Below, one piece after another: positions 9,128-18,319 of a stretch of DNA of 64,000 nt (positions are counted from its first letter, which is position 1; each line of letters opens with the position of its first letter). A model generated the notes under the pieces. That model was not told the origin of the DNA. It ran no database searches and saw only the letters and a list, made by a program, of their open reading frames with translations. The translations under genes and the position numbers were made by a program. The stretch lies in IMG/VR virus record IMGVR_UViG_3300043774_001557. One strand, written 5' to 3'. This stretch comes from an uncultured virus (IMG/VR IMGVR_UViG_3300043774_001557) (Duplodnaviria > Heunggongvirae > Uroviricota > Caudoviricetes).

Positions 9128-10393
9128 CTAGGCGGCTTGGTCGGCGAACAGATCAGGTTGCTTCGCTGCTTCGGTGACAAGCAATTCAACCCGGCTCAAT
9201 TCGTAGTCAATTCTTGCCCTGGCGATCTCGACGTATTCCGGCGTCATGTCGATGCCGATGAATCGGAAGCCTTCACGCATCGCAGCCTTGCCGGTGCTGC
9301 CCGATCCCATGAATGGGTCTAGCACGGTACCGCCGGGTGGCGTCACCAATCGGCACAGATAGGCCATCAAGTCAGTCGGCTTCACGGTCGGATGAAAGTT
9401 TCCGTTGCGCTCTTGCCAATCTGCCGTTTCGCGATCGCGCATCGTCGCTTCTGTCTCGACTGCAGGCGTATCGCTGCCACCGATGCCTTCGTTGCGATCG
9501 GCGCGGGATGCTTTGGCGCAGTAGAAGAAGCGAGCCGCTGATTCGCTCGCATCGATGCGCGGCTCGGCAGACTCCCGGCGCCCAATAAAGCCGCCATACA
9601 TGACTGGCCCGCTAAATCCATTCGCGGTCGGTTCAGTGCCGCGCACCTTGGCCATCTGGCCCGGAGCGTCCGGGAACGCCTCGAGTACTTCCGGCGAGCC
9701 GTCGTGAATGATGTTGGCGGGCCACCTGCCGGCTTTCATCTGCCCGCGAAACTCGACATCCTGTTTCCAGTTGCCATCCTTGACGACGGATGCCCCGGGC
9801 GCGAACCGCTTGACGGTGTATTCTCCGCCGATCGCGTCGTCAGCATGAACGCGACATCCATCGATATTGATCGCGCCGGTACCGTACGCCGCGACGTTCT
9901 CCGCGACCGTGCCGATGAGTGGTTTGCGGGCCATGCAAATCGGCTCGGTCGCGGGCTTGAGTGCGGTACCCCATCCCTCCCACTCGCCATCTAGATTCCG
10001 CGATTTCGGAAAGCCACTTCCGTAGTGCCATGGCACCATGTCGCGGATCTCGAATCCGGCATCCTCGATCGCGCAAGTCATGCGGTGATAGGTCCGGGTT
10101 GCGGCAAACGCCAGCAGATGACCGCCCGGCTTGAGCACTCGCAGGCATTCGGCCCACAGCTCGATGCGGTGCGCAATGTCGCCCCCGTCCCAAACCTTGC
10201 CCATAAATCCCTTGTCGCCGATCCGGTGCCGACCGTGCGGCATTTCCGGATTGTTCTTGCGGGCGTGGCCACCGCGCGAAACCTGCGTCAGGTGATAGGG
10301 TGGATCGGTGACGATGGAATCTACGCTGGCGTCGCCTATGCTGCGCATGATCTCCAGGCAGTCGCCCAGATGGGTCGTGTAGCGCTCACTCAT
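9128..10393 (-). CDS. N6-adenine/N4-cytosine DNA methyltransferase (beta class)
   Basis: TDPPY, HPTVKP, VLDPFMGSGSTG. Confidence 0.93.
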   Translation of the reverse strand: MSERYTTHLGDCLEIMRSIGDASVDSIVTDPPYHLTQVSRGGHARKNNPEMPHGRHRIGDKGFMGKVWDGGDIAHRIELWAECLRVLKPGGHLLAFAATRTYHRMTCAIEDAGFEIRDMVPWHYGSGFPKSRNLDGEWEGWGTALKPATEPICMARKPLIGTVAENVAAYGTGAINIDGCRVHADDAIGGEYTVKRFAPGASVVKDGNWKQDVEFRGQMKAGRWPANIIHDGSPEVLEAFPDAPGQMAKVRGTEPTANGFSGPVMYGGFIGRRESAEPRIDASESAARFFYCAKASRADRNEGIGGSDTPAVETEATMRDRETADWQERNGNFHPTVKPTDLMAYLCRLVTPPGGTVLDPFMGSGSTGKAAMREGFRFIGIDMTPEYVEIARARIDYELSRVELLVTEAAKQPDLFADQAA

Positions 10394-10474
10394 CCTCCGT
10401 TCTCCTATTGATCTTGTTGGGCCACATAGCGCGCCATATGACGGCTAGCCAGATTTGGAATGCTAGGAAGGGGG

Positions 10475-11242
10475 TCATGCTGGTTCCTTATCTGCTAAGT
10501 AGATGCCATGCTGTTGCAGCCACTCGTGGAATCTGCGCATTCCCAAGGGCTCTAAGGCGGTCCATCCCGTTGGGAATCCCTGAAGCCACTCGACCCATTC
10601 GGGGTGCAATCTGGTTTTCGGTTGGATCGACAGGCCATTGGCGGAAAATTCCCGTTGCGCCATTTCCCATGCCAGCGGATGAGTGCCTAGCGAGTTCTCC
10701 GACCTCGCGGCGCCCAGCAATGTCCGCGCATCCCTCACCAATGGCGTGGGCCACAACCCACCACCGCAAGCGCTCGTGATGAGCGCCGGTATTGGCGCCA
10801 GATATGCATCCGTAGCGTCCCACATACCCCATTGCGGCCAAATCGGCGAGGACGATTCCGGCGTATCCGCAAGTAAGGAGCCCTGGGACGTTTTCCAACT
10901 GGACTCGCTTCGGTCGAACACGGCGAATGACATCCGCGGTTGCTGGCCACATGTTTCGTTCGTCGCCTTCGGCAAGCTGTTTTCCGGCAACTGTGAATGG
11001 CTGGCAGGGAAAGCCCGCTGTAACCACGTCCGCAATTCCTCGATACTGGTAGGCTGCACCGGACTGTGCGAACTCACGCACGTCAGTGAAGATTGGCGCG
11101 GCTGGCAAGATGCCGTCGCGGATACGAGCAGCAATGACTCGCTGGCAATACTCGTTCCACTCGACATAGCCGACTGGGCGCCATCCGAGTAGATGCGTTC
11201 CGAGCAAGCCCCCCCCGGCGCCGGTGAAGAGGGATAGTTCAT
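10475..11242 (-). CDS. Overlapping alternate-frame ORF, putative second methyltransferase subunit carrying motif IX
   Basis: 255-codon open frame; LWPTP and RLHPEWVEWLQGFP (motif IX-like); true start may be internal. Confidence 0.7.
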   Translation of the reverse strand: MNYPSSPAPGGACSERIYSDGAQSAMSSGTSIASESLLLVSATASCQPRQSSLTCVSSHSPVQPTSIEELRTWLQRAFPASHSQLPENSLPKATNETCGQQPRMSFAVFDRSESSWKTSQGSLLADTPESSSPIWPQWGMWDATDAYLAPIPALITSACGGGLWPTPLVRDARTLLGAARSENSLGTHPLAWEMAQREFSANGLSIQPKTRLHPEWVEWLQGFPTGWTALEPLGMRRFHEWLQQHGIYLADKEPA

Positions 11243-11246
11243 TCAA
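10488..11246 (-). CDS. C5-cytosine DNA methyltransferase, large subunit (motifs I-VIII and X)
   Basis: LFTGAGG, GFPCQ, ENV, HHERLRWW, LGNAQIP; TTG start overlaps upstream TGA. Confidence 0.88.
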   Translation of the reverse strand: MNELSLFTGAGGGLLGTHLLGWRPVGYVEWNEYCQRVIAARIRDGILPAAPIFTDVREFAQSGAAYQYRGIADVVTAGFPCQPFTVAGKQLAEGDERNMWPATADVIRRVRPKRVQLENVPGLLTCGYAGIVLADLAAMGYVGRYGCISGANTGAHHERLRWWVVAHAIGEGCADIAGRREVGELARHSSAGMGNGATGIFRQWPVDPTENQIAPRMGRVASGIPNGMDRLRALGNAQIPRVAATAWHLLSR

Positions 11247-11521
11247 ACCGCCCCCTCTTCGATCAGATGCCCGGGACATCCGCCGCCGCTGTAATCAAAG
11301 TCTGTGCAACCGGCATCAGAGTGTTTGCAGGGCGAGCCGCATTCTTTGCTCATGGGGATCACCTTGCGGCCCTTCATCGACTCGATGCGGAGAGTGTCGC
11401 GGGCCGCTCGCGGCTCCAGTTCATTGCCAGCGTCATCGCGGAACATGCCGAGGTAGCCACTTGGGAATTTGGTGCTCCGCAGGAACTCTTCGATGTTCAG
11501 GCACAGGTGATAGCGCCTCAT
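11243..11521 (-). CDS. Cys-containing phage hypothetical protein
   Basis: Coupled start/stop overlaps. Confidence 0.6.
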   Translation of the reverse strand: MRRYHLCLNIEEFLRSTKFPSGYLGMFRDDAGNELEPRAARDTLRIESMKGRKVIPMSKECGSPCKHSDAGCTDFDYSGGGCPGHLIEEGAV

Positions 11522-12447
11522 CGCGCGGCTCCTTTTGGGGCGGCGGCGAGCATGGCGGCAAAGAAGTCCCCGGCCGGTGTGTTTTCATGCGCGATCCAGC
11601 GGCCACCGGACGGCGGGTCGATGATCCATCCATGGCCCTCGACGTGCTTGATTGCAAATCCTGTCGGCGCTGCCTTCTGCTGGTTGGCTTGCTCAAGCTC
11701 CGCCTGTCGCCGCCCGTATTGCCAGAACTCAGTGAGCCAATGTCCTTCTGGCGGCGTATGCACGCCCTGATAACCCCAATCCAATGCGCCGCGAATGGCG
11801 TTGACGGGATCGCTGCCGTATTGGTAGGGCGCGTGTGGGCCGGACTGGGCGGTGCGATAGACGGCGGGGGACTCCCCGATCGTGGCTTGCAGGCTAGGGA
11901 CGCGAGCAGGATCGCTCGTCCACGCACGGATGAATCGGTCGTTCTCATCGCCCTTTGTGTGGGCGTGCCAGACATACATGGTGTGCAGTCCGTCGACCAC
12001 CGGCTCATCCTTCCCCGCCCCCCCGCACGAATCGCAGCATTCGCGCACCGTTTCCGTATAGCCGTCTCGCAGGGGAGAGTGGGTGATATCGACCTTGCCG
12101 CTTCCGTGGCAGGTGGGGCAGGTTGAGGGCTTGGCCTCATCCGCTGCGCTAGACTCGCCCAATGCTGCGTAGTGAGATTTTGGCCAGATGGCTCCATCAA
12201 CTTCTGGCCAGATGATTTTTTCAACGCGCAGCATCGCAATATCTAACGTCGATCCATGCGTGCAACTGACGCTTCCAGCGCATGCGTCGAAAAGGCGCTT
12301 GATCGCATCAATATCTGCGGCGGTCAATTGGCGCAAAGCCGGCCTCGCCTCCGCCTCCACGTCCCGCAAAAGATCCCGCAACTTCTCGTCCATCTCGAAG
12401 CCGTGTTCCTGCGCTAGTTCGCATAGGCGGCCGTAGGTTATGGTCAT
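11518..12447 (-). CDS. Phage hypothetical protein with DnaJ-like zinc finger
   Basis: CPTCHGSG...CDSCGGAG. Confidence 0.6.
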   Translation of the reverse strand: MTITYGRLCELAQEHGFEMDEKLRDLLRDVEAEARPALRQLTAADIDAIKRLFDACAGSVSCTHGSTLDIAMLRVEKIIWPEVDGAIWPKSHYAALGESSAADEAKPSTCPTCHGSGKVDITHSPLRDGYTETVRECCDSCGGAGKDEPVVDGLHTMYVWHAHTKGDENDRFIRAWTSDPARVPSLQATIGESPAVYRTAQSGPHAPYQYGSDPVNAIRGALDWGYQGVHTPPEGHWLTEFWQYGRRQAELEQANQQKAAPTGFAIKHVEGHGWIIDPPSGGRWIAHENTPAGDFFAAMLAAAPKGAAR

Positions 12448-13658
12448 GCGACCTCCACGAATTCACCCTTGTCGTTCAGGCTGTAGAACGTGTCGGGCTT
12501 GATTCCGTCCTGACCAACGATGGCCGCTTTGGCGTGGATGATCTTCCAACTGTCGTCGCGGTAGACGAGGAACAGGGCGCAACCTTCCTTGCCTTGTGCT
12601 TTGCCGTAGCGGCCCGATGCCGTGGCCGCGCCGTAGTCGCCCGATGCCGTGGCCGCGCCGTAGTCGCCCGATGCCGTGGCCGCGCCGGAGTCGCCCGATG
12701 CCGTGGCCGCGCCGGAGTCGCCCGATGCCGTGGCCGCGCCGTAGTCGCCCGATGCCGTGGCCGCGCCGGAGTCGCCCGATGCCGTGGCCGCGCCGTAGTC
12801 GCCCGATGCCGTGGCCGCGCCGGAGTCGCCCGATGCCGTGGCCGCGCCGGAGTCGCCCGATGCCGTGGCCGCGCCGTAGTAGCCCGATGCCGTGGCCGCG
12901 CCGGAGTCGCCCGATGCCGTGGCCGCGCCGTAGTCGCCCGATGCCGTGGCCGCGCCGGAGTCGCCCGATGCCGTGGCCGCGCCGTAGTCGCCCGATGCCG
13001 TGGCCGCGCCGGAGTCGCCCGATGCCGTGGCCGCGCCGTAGTCGCCCGATGCCGTGGCCGCGCCGGAGTAGCCCGATGCCGTGGCCGCGCCGGAGTCGCC
13101 CGATGCCGTGGCCGCGCCGTAGTCGCCCGATGCCGTGGCCGCGCCGGAGTCGCCCGATGCCGTGGCCGCGCCGGAGTAGCCCGATGCCGTGGCCGCGCCG
13201 TAGCGGCCCGATGCCGTGGCCGCGCCGTAGCGGCCCGATGCACTTGCAATCTTGTTCTTGCCTTCGGCTTTCACGGCTGTTTTGGGCTGATCGCTTGTCG
13301 CGCCTTCTGCGGGCGTGCAGCGATCTATCGTGTACTTGACCGCTGCCTTGATGATGCCCGCGATATCGAGTTCGGCCTTCACGGTGATGCGCGAACTGGC
13401 CACCTTCGAATCTTCGCCGTGGCGCGAGAGCTTGCCAGCCTGCTCCACAACGGCGAATTTCGATTGCGACGGCTTGTAATAGCGGAAAACGTGCAGCGGG
13501 TATTCGCAGGCATGGAAGCCGCCAGCGCAGGCCTCGACCTCGCCTTCGTGCTCGTAGGTCTTGCCGAGTTCGTACTGGAAGTCGCGGCACGTCCAGTCTT
13601 GGTTGAAGCCCTTGTACGAAACAATCGGCTCTCTGCCCTGATCTTGCTCGTCACTCAT
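12444..13658 (-). CDS. Phage protein with conserved N-terminal domain and 9-aa (GAATASGxx) repeats
   Basis: YKGF...CRDFQYE.G...GFHAC..P N-terminus; about 24 repeats; DGIKPDTFY C-terminus. Confidence 0.85.
   Translation of the reverse strand: MSDEQDQGREPIVSYKGFNQDWTCRDFQYELGKTYEHEGEVEACAGGFHACEYPLHVFRYYKPSQSKFAVVEQAGKLSRHGEDSKVASSRITVKAELDIAGIIKAAVKYTIDRCTPAEGATSDQPKTAVKAEGKNKIASASGRYGAATASGRYGAATASGYSGAATASGDSGAATASGDYGAATASGDSGAATASGYSGAATASGDYGAATASGDSGAATASGDYGAATASGDSGAATASGDYGAATASGDSGAATASGYYGAATASGDSGAATASGDSGAATASGDYGAATASGDSGAATASGDYGAATASGDSGAATASGDSGAATASGDYGAATASGDYGAATASGRYGKAQGKEGCALFLVYRDDSWKIIHAKAAIVGQDGIKPDTFYSLNDKGEFVEVA
12603..13241. repeat. 27-bp tandem repeat, about 24 units
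   Basis: Invariant GCCCGATGCCGTGGCCGCGCCG core; variation only in two codons. Confidence 0.97.
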
Positions 13659-13736
13659 TTGATTCCCCTTTTTGGTTGCCCGCGCTAGCGTGCAATCATA
13701 TTAGCCGAGTGCGAATGTATTCGCAAGCACGATAAG

Positions 13737-14264
13737 CTAAGCGGCGCGACGGATCAGCCCGGCCCGTGCGAAATGTTCGTCGGCCCGATCAAAGAACCGT
13801 GCGCGCAGGGCGTCCATAGCCTGCTTAACCTTGGGCTCGTATCGCTGGATCGTCCGCTTGTGGACGCCGACCTTTTCCGCGATGCTCTCGCATGACATGC
13901 AGCGCTGTTGGCCCAGCTCGATGTGCCGGCGCATGAGCAGGAAGCGCATGAGCCCGTTGACGATGCCGGTTTCGGCCTGCAAATGCAGATCGACCGCGAA
14001 ATTCCCGCCCTTGCGTTCATGCTCGGCCCAGGAATAAGCCGCCCAGGCGTAGGCCTGCAGCAGCTCGGGCATGCCCTCGATGTACCGGCGAATCATCGCT
14101 GCCTGGCCGTGCTGATCCTGAATGCTTAGAGCGCCGTCTGCTGACTTGTTTGTGTCGCTCGCGCCGGCCATGGCTCTCTGCGCATCGGAGACCTTGCAAA
14201 TCGGCTGCTCGACAATGGCGTAGGCCCAGCGGAGCAGGGCGTCGGTGTCGCGGAATACCCTCAT
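13737..14264 (-). CDS. Antiterminator Q-like / late regulator
   Basis: Follows nin-like genes; HGQAAMI motif and C-terminal HTH (ESIAEKVGVHKRTIQRY). Confidence 0.55.
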   Translation of the reverse strand: MRVFRDTDALLRWAYAIVEQPICKVSDAQRAMAGASDTNKSADGALSIQDQHGQAAMIRRYIEGMPELLQAYAWAAYSWAEHERKGGNFAVDLHLQAETGIVNGLMRFLLMRRHIELGQQRCMSCESIAEKVGVHKRTIQRYEPKVKQAMDALRARFFDRADEHFARAGLIRRAA

Positions 14265-14461
14265 TGTTCCCCCTCGTATCGGTGGCAACGTTTCCCATGC
14301 TTGCGCGGGGTGCCGTCGCGGTTCTTGAGCTTGCAGACGTAGATGACGGTGCCGAAGAGTTCTTTGCGCTCTTCGTGGGCGCAGCCGCGGCACTTGAATT
14401 CCTCGGCGCGGATTAGTTGCTCCAGTGGATCGCGGTAGGCGTAATGCGGTAACGGAGGCAT
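14261..14461 (-). CDS. Small Cys-rich protein
   Basis: YRDP...CRGC...C...RC..Y. Confidence 0.6.
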   Translation of the reverse strand: MPPLPHYAYRDPLEQLIRAEEFKCRGCAHEERKELFGTVIYVCKLKNRDGTPRKHGKRCHRYEGEQ

Positions 14462-14739
14462 CAGGTGTTCAATGCCTCAATCGTCCACGCCAACAGATCC
14501 ACCTCGTCCGCCTTTACCTGCTTGAGCGCCATGCGGTTGCCGTGAATGCCTGACTTGCCGCGATGGTGCTCAGGGCACAGTGGCACCGCGAGCCAGTTCT
14601 CGGCGCGTTGCGCCATGCCCTGGCCTTCGCGCACATGGTGAATTTCTGCGGGCGTCGCGCCGTAGCCCAGGCGATCACAGAGGATGCACCCCAGTGACGC
14701 CACGCGACCTAGATAGTCTTTCTCAGCCTTCGTCGTCAT
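14461..14739 (-). CDS. Ref/DUF968-like HNH-type zinc nuclease
   Basis: GCILC...EIHH...PLCPEHH...GIH. Confidence 0.75.
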   Translation of the reverse strand: MTTKAEKDYLGRVASLGCILCDRLGYGATPAEIHHVREGQGMAQRAENWLAVPLCPEHHRGKSGIHGNRMALKQVKADEVDLLAWTIEALNT

Positions 14740-14896
14740 TCCCGCGCCCCTCCATGACTCTCAACGCTGATGCGCGCAATACGCGCGCATCGAGAGCATC
14801 GCCAAGCGCTGATGCAGTAAGTGGGCCGATATTCGCTAGAGACTAGGCGCGGGCGCGAGTGGCCGAGCAGGACGCAGAGGATTCGGTTGATCGCTC

Positions 14897-15313
14897 TCAT
14901 TCGAAAGTCACCCCCAGGTTGTTTGCCGCATATGCCTGGACGGCGGCGGTGTATGCCGAGAACTCTCCGACGCTCATCTGCGTGGTGCTTTTGCGCCGAC
15001 TAATGATTTCGCCGTTTGGTAGGGTCACTTCATCGCAAACGCCATACATGCGCGCGAAGTATTCGTGCCACGTGTCCTTGTCGAACTGGCGCCCATTGAC
15101 CCAGGCCTGTTCCACGATGTCGCGCAGCACTACGCCCCAATAGAACCGGTTCTGCTCGTTATTCCGCTTCCGCTCCTCGCTGGTGAGGATGATGCGCAAT
15201 GGCTCGCCCTTGTCGGCAAAGGCCTTTGCGTTCTCCTTGATCAGCGCGACGAAACCGGCCCATACGGACGGGCCTCTCAGCACGAATTCACGGTACAGGG
15301 GGGCAGCGCTCAT
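14897..15313 (-). CDS. ninB: NinB/Orf-family recombination protein
   Basis: KRNNEQNRFYW...STTQMSVGEFS.Y...V.AYA...GV. Confidence 0.8.
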   Translation of the reverse strand: MSAAPLYREFVLRGPSVWAGFVALIKENAKAFADKGEPLRIILTSEERKRNNEQNRFYWGVVLRDIVEQAWVNGRQFDKDTWHEYFARMYGVCDEVTLPNGEIISRRKSTTQMSVGEFSAYTAAVQAYAANNLGVTFE

Positions 15314-15510
15314 GCCTTCACGCCCTCCGGGATGCTCATGCCTTCCGGCCACTCAATCGTGTAGGTGTTCCACCATTGGGCAGCAGACCATTCCTGCTCA
15401 ATCGCGAAAGTGCCACCATGACGTGCAGCTAGTTCGCACCAGCGTTGCGCCAGCGCGTTCTCCGGTCGGTTGAACAGGATCTTGCTGATCGTTATGCGTC
15501 TGTCACTCAT
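15310..15510 (-). CDS. Phage hypothetical protein
   Basis: 4-bp overlaps on both sides. Confidence 0.55.
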   Translation of the reverse strand: MSDRRITISKILFNRPENALAQRWCELAARHGGTFAIEQEWSAAQWWNTYTIEWPEGMSIPEGVKA

Positions 15511-15689
15511 GATCTGCTCACCGCCTCAAAGATTCGCTGATACCCACGCAACCAATTGATGCGCTGCGTAGTGCCTTGTTGGTATGGACAGAAGGCAAAG
15601 CCGTAGGGCCGGTACAACTTCGCGCGCCGGCCGATCTGGAAGGCTAGGGCGCCTTCGTCTTCTGTGGTGGGGAGGGCGAGGGTGGTCAT
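15507..15689 (-). CDS. Small Rmf-like protein
   Basis: AFQIG...CPY...RINWLRGY. Confidence 0.45.
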   Translation of the reverse strand: MTTLALPTTEDEGALAFQIGRRAKLYRPYGFAFCPYQQGTTQRINWLRGYQRIFEAVSRS

Positions 15690-16135
15690 GCAGCGCCTCT
15701 CGCCGCTTTCACAAACGCCTCAACCTTGTCCGTCAGATTGGTCTGGTAGTCGTAGTCCGATCCGGAGTATTCGAAGTCGGGCTCATCGATCATGCGATCA
15801 ATCATGTTCAGCTCAATGCTCTGCCGCGCCTTCTGGCTGATGAGATGCTGAATCTTCGGGTGGCGCATATTCGGCTCACCCGCCCGCAACGCTCTCACCT
15901 CTGCGATCAGTTCGAGAACGGCGGCCGGTGTGACACCTTCTAGCCACGCCACTACCCCGGGGCCGAACATCAAGTCGGGGTGGTTGTCATGGCGCTGCAC
16001 AACAGGCTCCATCACGCGCGTAGTCGTTCCGCCATCGGATGCCATCACGCGGCGCCAGCTATTGCTGGTCCAGACGTTCCATGTGTCAGCCGGCGCTTCT
16101 TTGGCGATGCGCTCCAGTTTGTCGAGGTCGATCAT
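15686..16135 (-). CDS. Ead/Ea22-like protein
   Basis: MIDLDKLERIAK...TPAAVLELIAEVRALR. Confidence 0.6.
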   Translation of the reverse strand: MIDLDKLERIAKEAPADTWNVWTSNSWRRVMASDGGTTTRVMEPVVQRHDNHPDLMFGPGVVAWLEGVTPAAVLELIAEVRALRAGEPNMRHPKIQHLISQKARQSIELNMIDRMIDEPDFEYSGSDYDYQTNLTDKVEAFVKAARGAA

Positions 16136-16461
16136 TTCGTTTCCTTCACGGTGATTCCATGCACATGCAGCATCAGCTTTGCCTTGAGGATGAAATCCTT
16201 GGTGCGCACGCCTTTCACGTCCTCGACGATCTGCTTGCCCGCCATGTCGTAGACAAAATCGGCGATGTATTTCACGGCCCGGATCGCTTTTCCGTTGGCG
16301 TCTCGTTGCGCCGGAATCAGGATGTATTCGACCTGGCGGCGCAGATTGCTGATTGAGCGCTGGCGCTGCATCATCAGCAGTTCTTGGTAACGGGCATGTT
16401 CGCGCCTGCTGTCGAATGTGCCGGCCTCGGTCGTGACCTTGACGTTGCGATACTTTCTCAA
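16132..16461 (-). CDS. DUF1064-family PD-(D/E)xK endonuclease
   Basis: KYRN...FDSRRE...YIADFVY...VEDVKG; TTG start. Confidence 0.85.
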   Translation of the reverse strand: MRKYRNVKVTTEAGTFDSRREHARYQELLMMQRQRSISNLRRQVEYILIPAQRDANGKAIRAVKYIADFVYDMAGKQIVEDVKGVRTKDFILKAKLMLHVHGITVKETK

Positions 16462-16603
16462 GCGACCCTCTCCCGAGCCCACTCCAGCCCACGAGCAACA
16501 CAGGCCAGCGACCAAATCGCAGCGGCGAACGGGATCATGGCGATGGTGATGACGGCGTAGAGCAGGGCGGAGACGATCGCGCCTGCGAATTTGAGGGCGC
16601 GGG

Positions 16604-17128
16604 TCATGCCGCCTCCCCAACAGGATTGAGGACAGCGAATTCGCCGAAATGCTTGATTGCGGCTTTGTTGTATGCGTGTGCGGCCTCGTCTTTATCGTCA
16701 AAATAGCCGAGGAAAATCGACTTCTTCTCGACTCCAATGCGGGCATACCATTTTTGATTGCCATTACTCCACGACACACCCTTACGTCCGGATGTGCCCT
16801 TGACGAGCTTATTGGTTTCATTCTGAGCCGCAGTCGCATTCCGAAGATTGCCCCATCTGTTGTTGGCTCGATTGCGGTCTGCGTGCTCCGCCATGTGCTC
16901 TGGGAACTTCCCCTCCATGCAGAGGAAGGCAAGTCGATTCGCTCGGTACTCGCGTCCATCAAGGCCGATGATGACGTAGCCGTAATCGGCATGAATGCGC
17001 CCCGCGACATCTCCCGCCTTGACGGGGCCACGCCGTTTCACTCGCCATGTGAATATGCCGGTTTCCGGGTTGTAGTGAAGCAGTTCGCGCAAGCGCTCTG
17101 CGGTGATAGTTTCCGTTCCGTAGGTCAT
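16604..17128 (-). CDS. HNH endonuclease with AP2 domain
   Basis: LHYNPETGIFTW, H.D..R.NNRWGNLR, SG.KGV, LGYF...EAA.AY. Confidence 0.88.
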   Translation of the reverse strand: MTYGTETITAERLRELLHYNPETGIFTWRVKRRGPVKAGDVAGRIHADYGYVIIGLDGREYRANRLAFLCMEGKFPEHMAEHADRNRANNRWGNLRNATAAQNETNKLVKGTSGRKGVSWSNGNQKWYARIGVEKKSIFLGYFDDKDEAAHAYNKAAIKHFGEFAVLNPVGEAA

Positions 17129-17682
17129 GCTTGGACCTCACCCAACAACGCCGCATCAACTTGCATGTGCAGACTTGCAATGGGGCCATCGTTGAAAATC
17201 TGGCGCATATCGGCGTAGTAATCAGCGAGTGCACCTTCACTACGATGTGCCGGGATGGATGTGCCCGCATGGTCGGGGCGCGTGATGTGCCACAGAACAC
17301 CGCCGAGATGCTGGGCTGCCTTCATCTCGTTTTCGAAGCGGCAGTCATCAACGACGACATTCCAGCCGCTGTTGAGATGGGCGCAGGCCTCTTCTTTCCA
17401 TAGACCGGTCCAGAACTCCGCGCCGATCAAGTCGCGCCCCCACTCGGTGCCGAGCGTGACCATAGCGTGCCGCGGTGTTTTCCCGCACAGCAGGTCGCAC
17501 GGCTGCTCCTTGCGCGAGCCTTCAATTTCCTCATCGTCCAGGCCGATGGCGCGAAGCATGGCTTTCAATGGGCCGGCGAACTTCACGCGCTTGTAGCGAT
17601 GTTCGGCGATAAGATAGTCGGCAACCGTCGACTTGCCGGCGCCAGCATTGCCCACCAGGGCGATAACAGATGGCAGTCTCAT
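17125..17682 (-). CDS. Deoxynucleoside monophosphate kinase
   Basis: GNAGAGKST, FAGPLK, TPR.AM..LGTEWGR, DCRFENE, H.SE. Confidence 0.88.
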   Translation of the reverse strand: MRLPSVIALVGNAGAGKSTVADYLIAEHRYKRVKFAGPLKAMLRAIGLDDEEIEGSRKEQPCDLLCGKTPRHAMVTLGTEWGRDLIGAEFWTGLWKEEACAHLNSGWNVVVDDCRFENEMKAAQHLGGVLWHITRPDHAGTSIPAHRSEGALADYYADMRQIFNDGPIASLHMQVDAALLGEVQA

Positions 17683-18146
17683 TGTTCGCATCCTTTTCCG
17701 ACTTCGCCATGGCTGTCGGCAGCAGTGAAAAGCTTCCAGTGAATCCAGCCGCGCTCCATGCAATAGAAGCCCCACTGGCGCACGCGCGGTCCAGTGACAA
17801 ACAGCGTCCAGCAGTGGCCTGCATGGAGCTCTATGCGATGTGGCGCGGCGCCCCAGCGGAACTTGATGTCGCCCAACTTCCGGATTGATCTTTGCAGCAA
17901 GCCGCCGCGCTCAATGACGTGCTCGGTGTATTCGCCTCTCAGCAAAGTGCTGAAGTTGAAGAGCCACGGATGCGAGTGGTGGGCGCGGTCGTCATCGCTG
18001 CGAAGGAAGCAATGCAGGTAGACGTTGCAGATTGGGTTGCGCGGGACCAGCCACCAGCGCAGCAGGTATGGCCGCTCCGGTCCACCGATCACGAAGTCAG
18101 CGGGCCGGCGCGTGACACGCGCGATGATTCGGTCGGCGAGGCTCAC
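17679..18146 (-). CDS. Cupin-like phage protein
   Basis: YLH.F.RSDDDR.HH.HPW...HRIEL...WTLFVTGP. Confidence 0.65.
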   Translation of the reverse strand: MSLADRIIARVTRRPADFVIGGPERPYLLRWWLVPRNPICNVYLHCFLRSDDDRAHHSHPWLFNFSTLLRGEYTEHVIERGGLLQRSIRKLGDIKFRWGAAPHRIELHAGHCWTLFVTGPRVRQWGFYCMERGWIHWKLFTAADSHGEVGKGCEQ

Positions 18147-18319
18147 TCCACCTCCTCATCCGGGCGCATGCCGCCGATGAATCCATGCTCCCATTGCTTG
18201 GCATGTTCGGACCCATGGGGATACGGGTTGGCGCGGAATGGCAGCCCATGACGCGCAGCCTGAGCACCCTCCTCGCGGGTCTGATCGATGTCGATGGTGG
18301 AGAGATTGGGGTGGGTCAT
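18143..18319 (-). CDS. Small Rmf/CrpP-like protein
   Basis: EEG.QAA..G.....NPY......QWE.GF. Confidence 0.5.
   Translation of the reverse strand: MTHPNLSTIDIDQTREEGAQAARHGLPFRANPYPHGSEHAKQWEHGFIGGMRPDEEVE

Noticed and set aside
12463..13688. 27-bp repeats as a CRISPR array; alternative-frame repeat ORFs
   Set aside because: Units are contiguous with no spacers and no cas genes; other frames are open only because the repeat lacks stops
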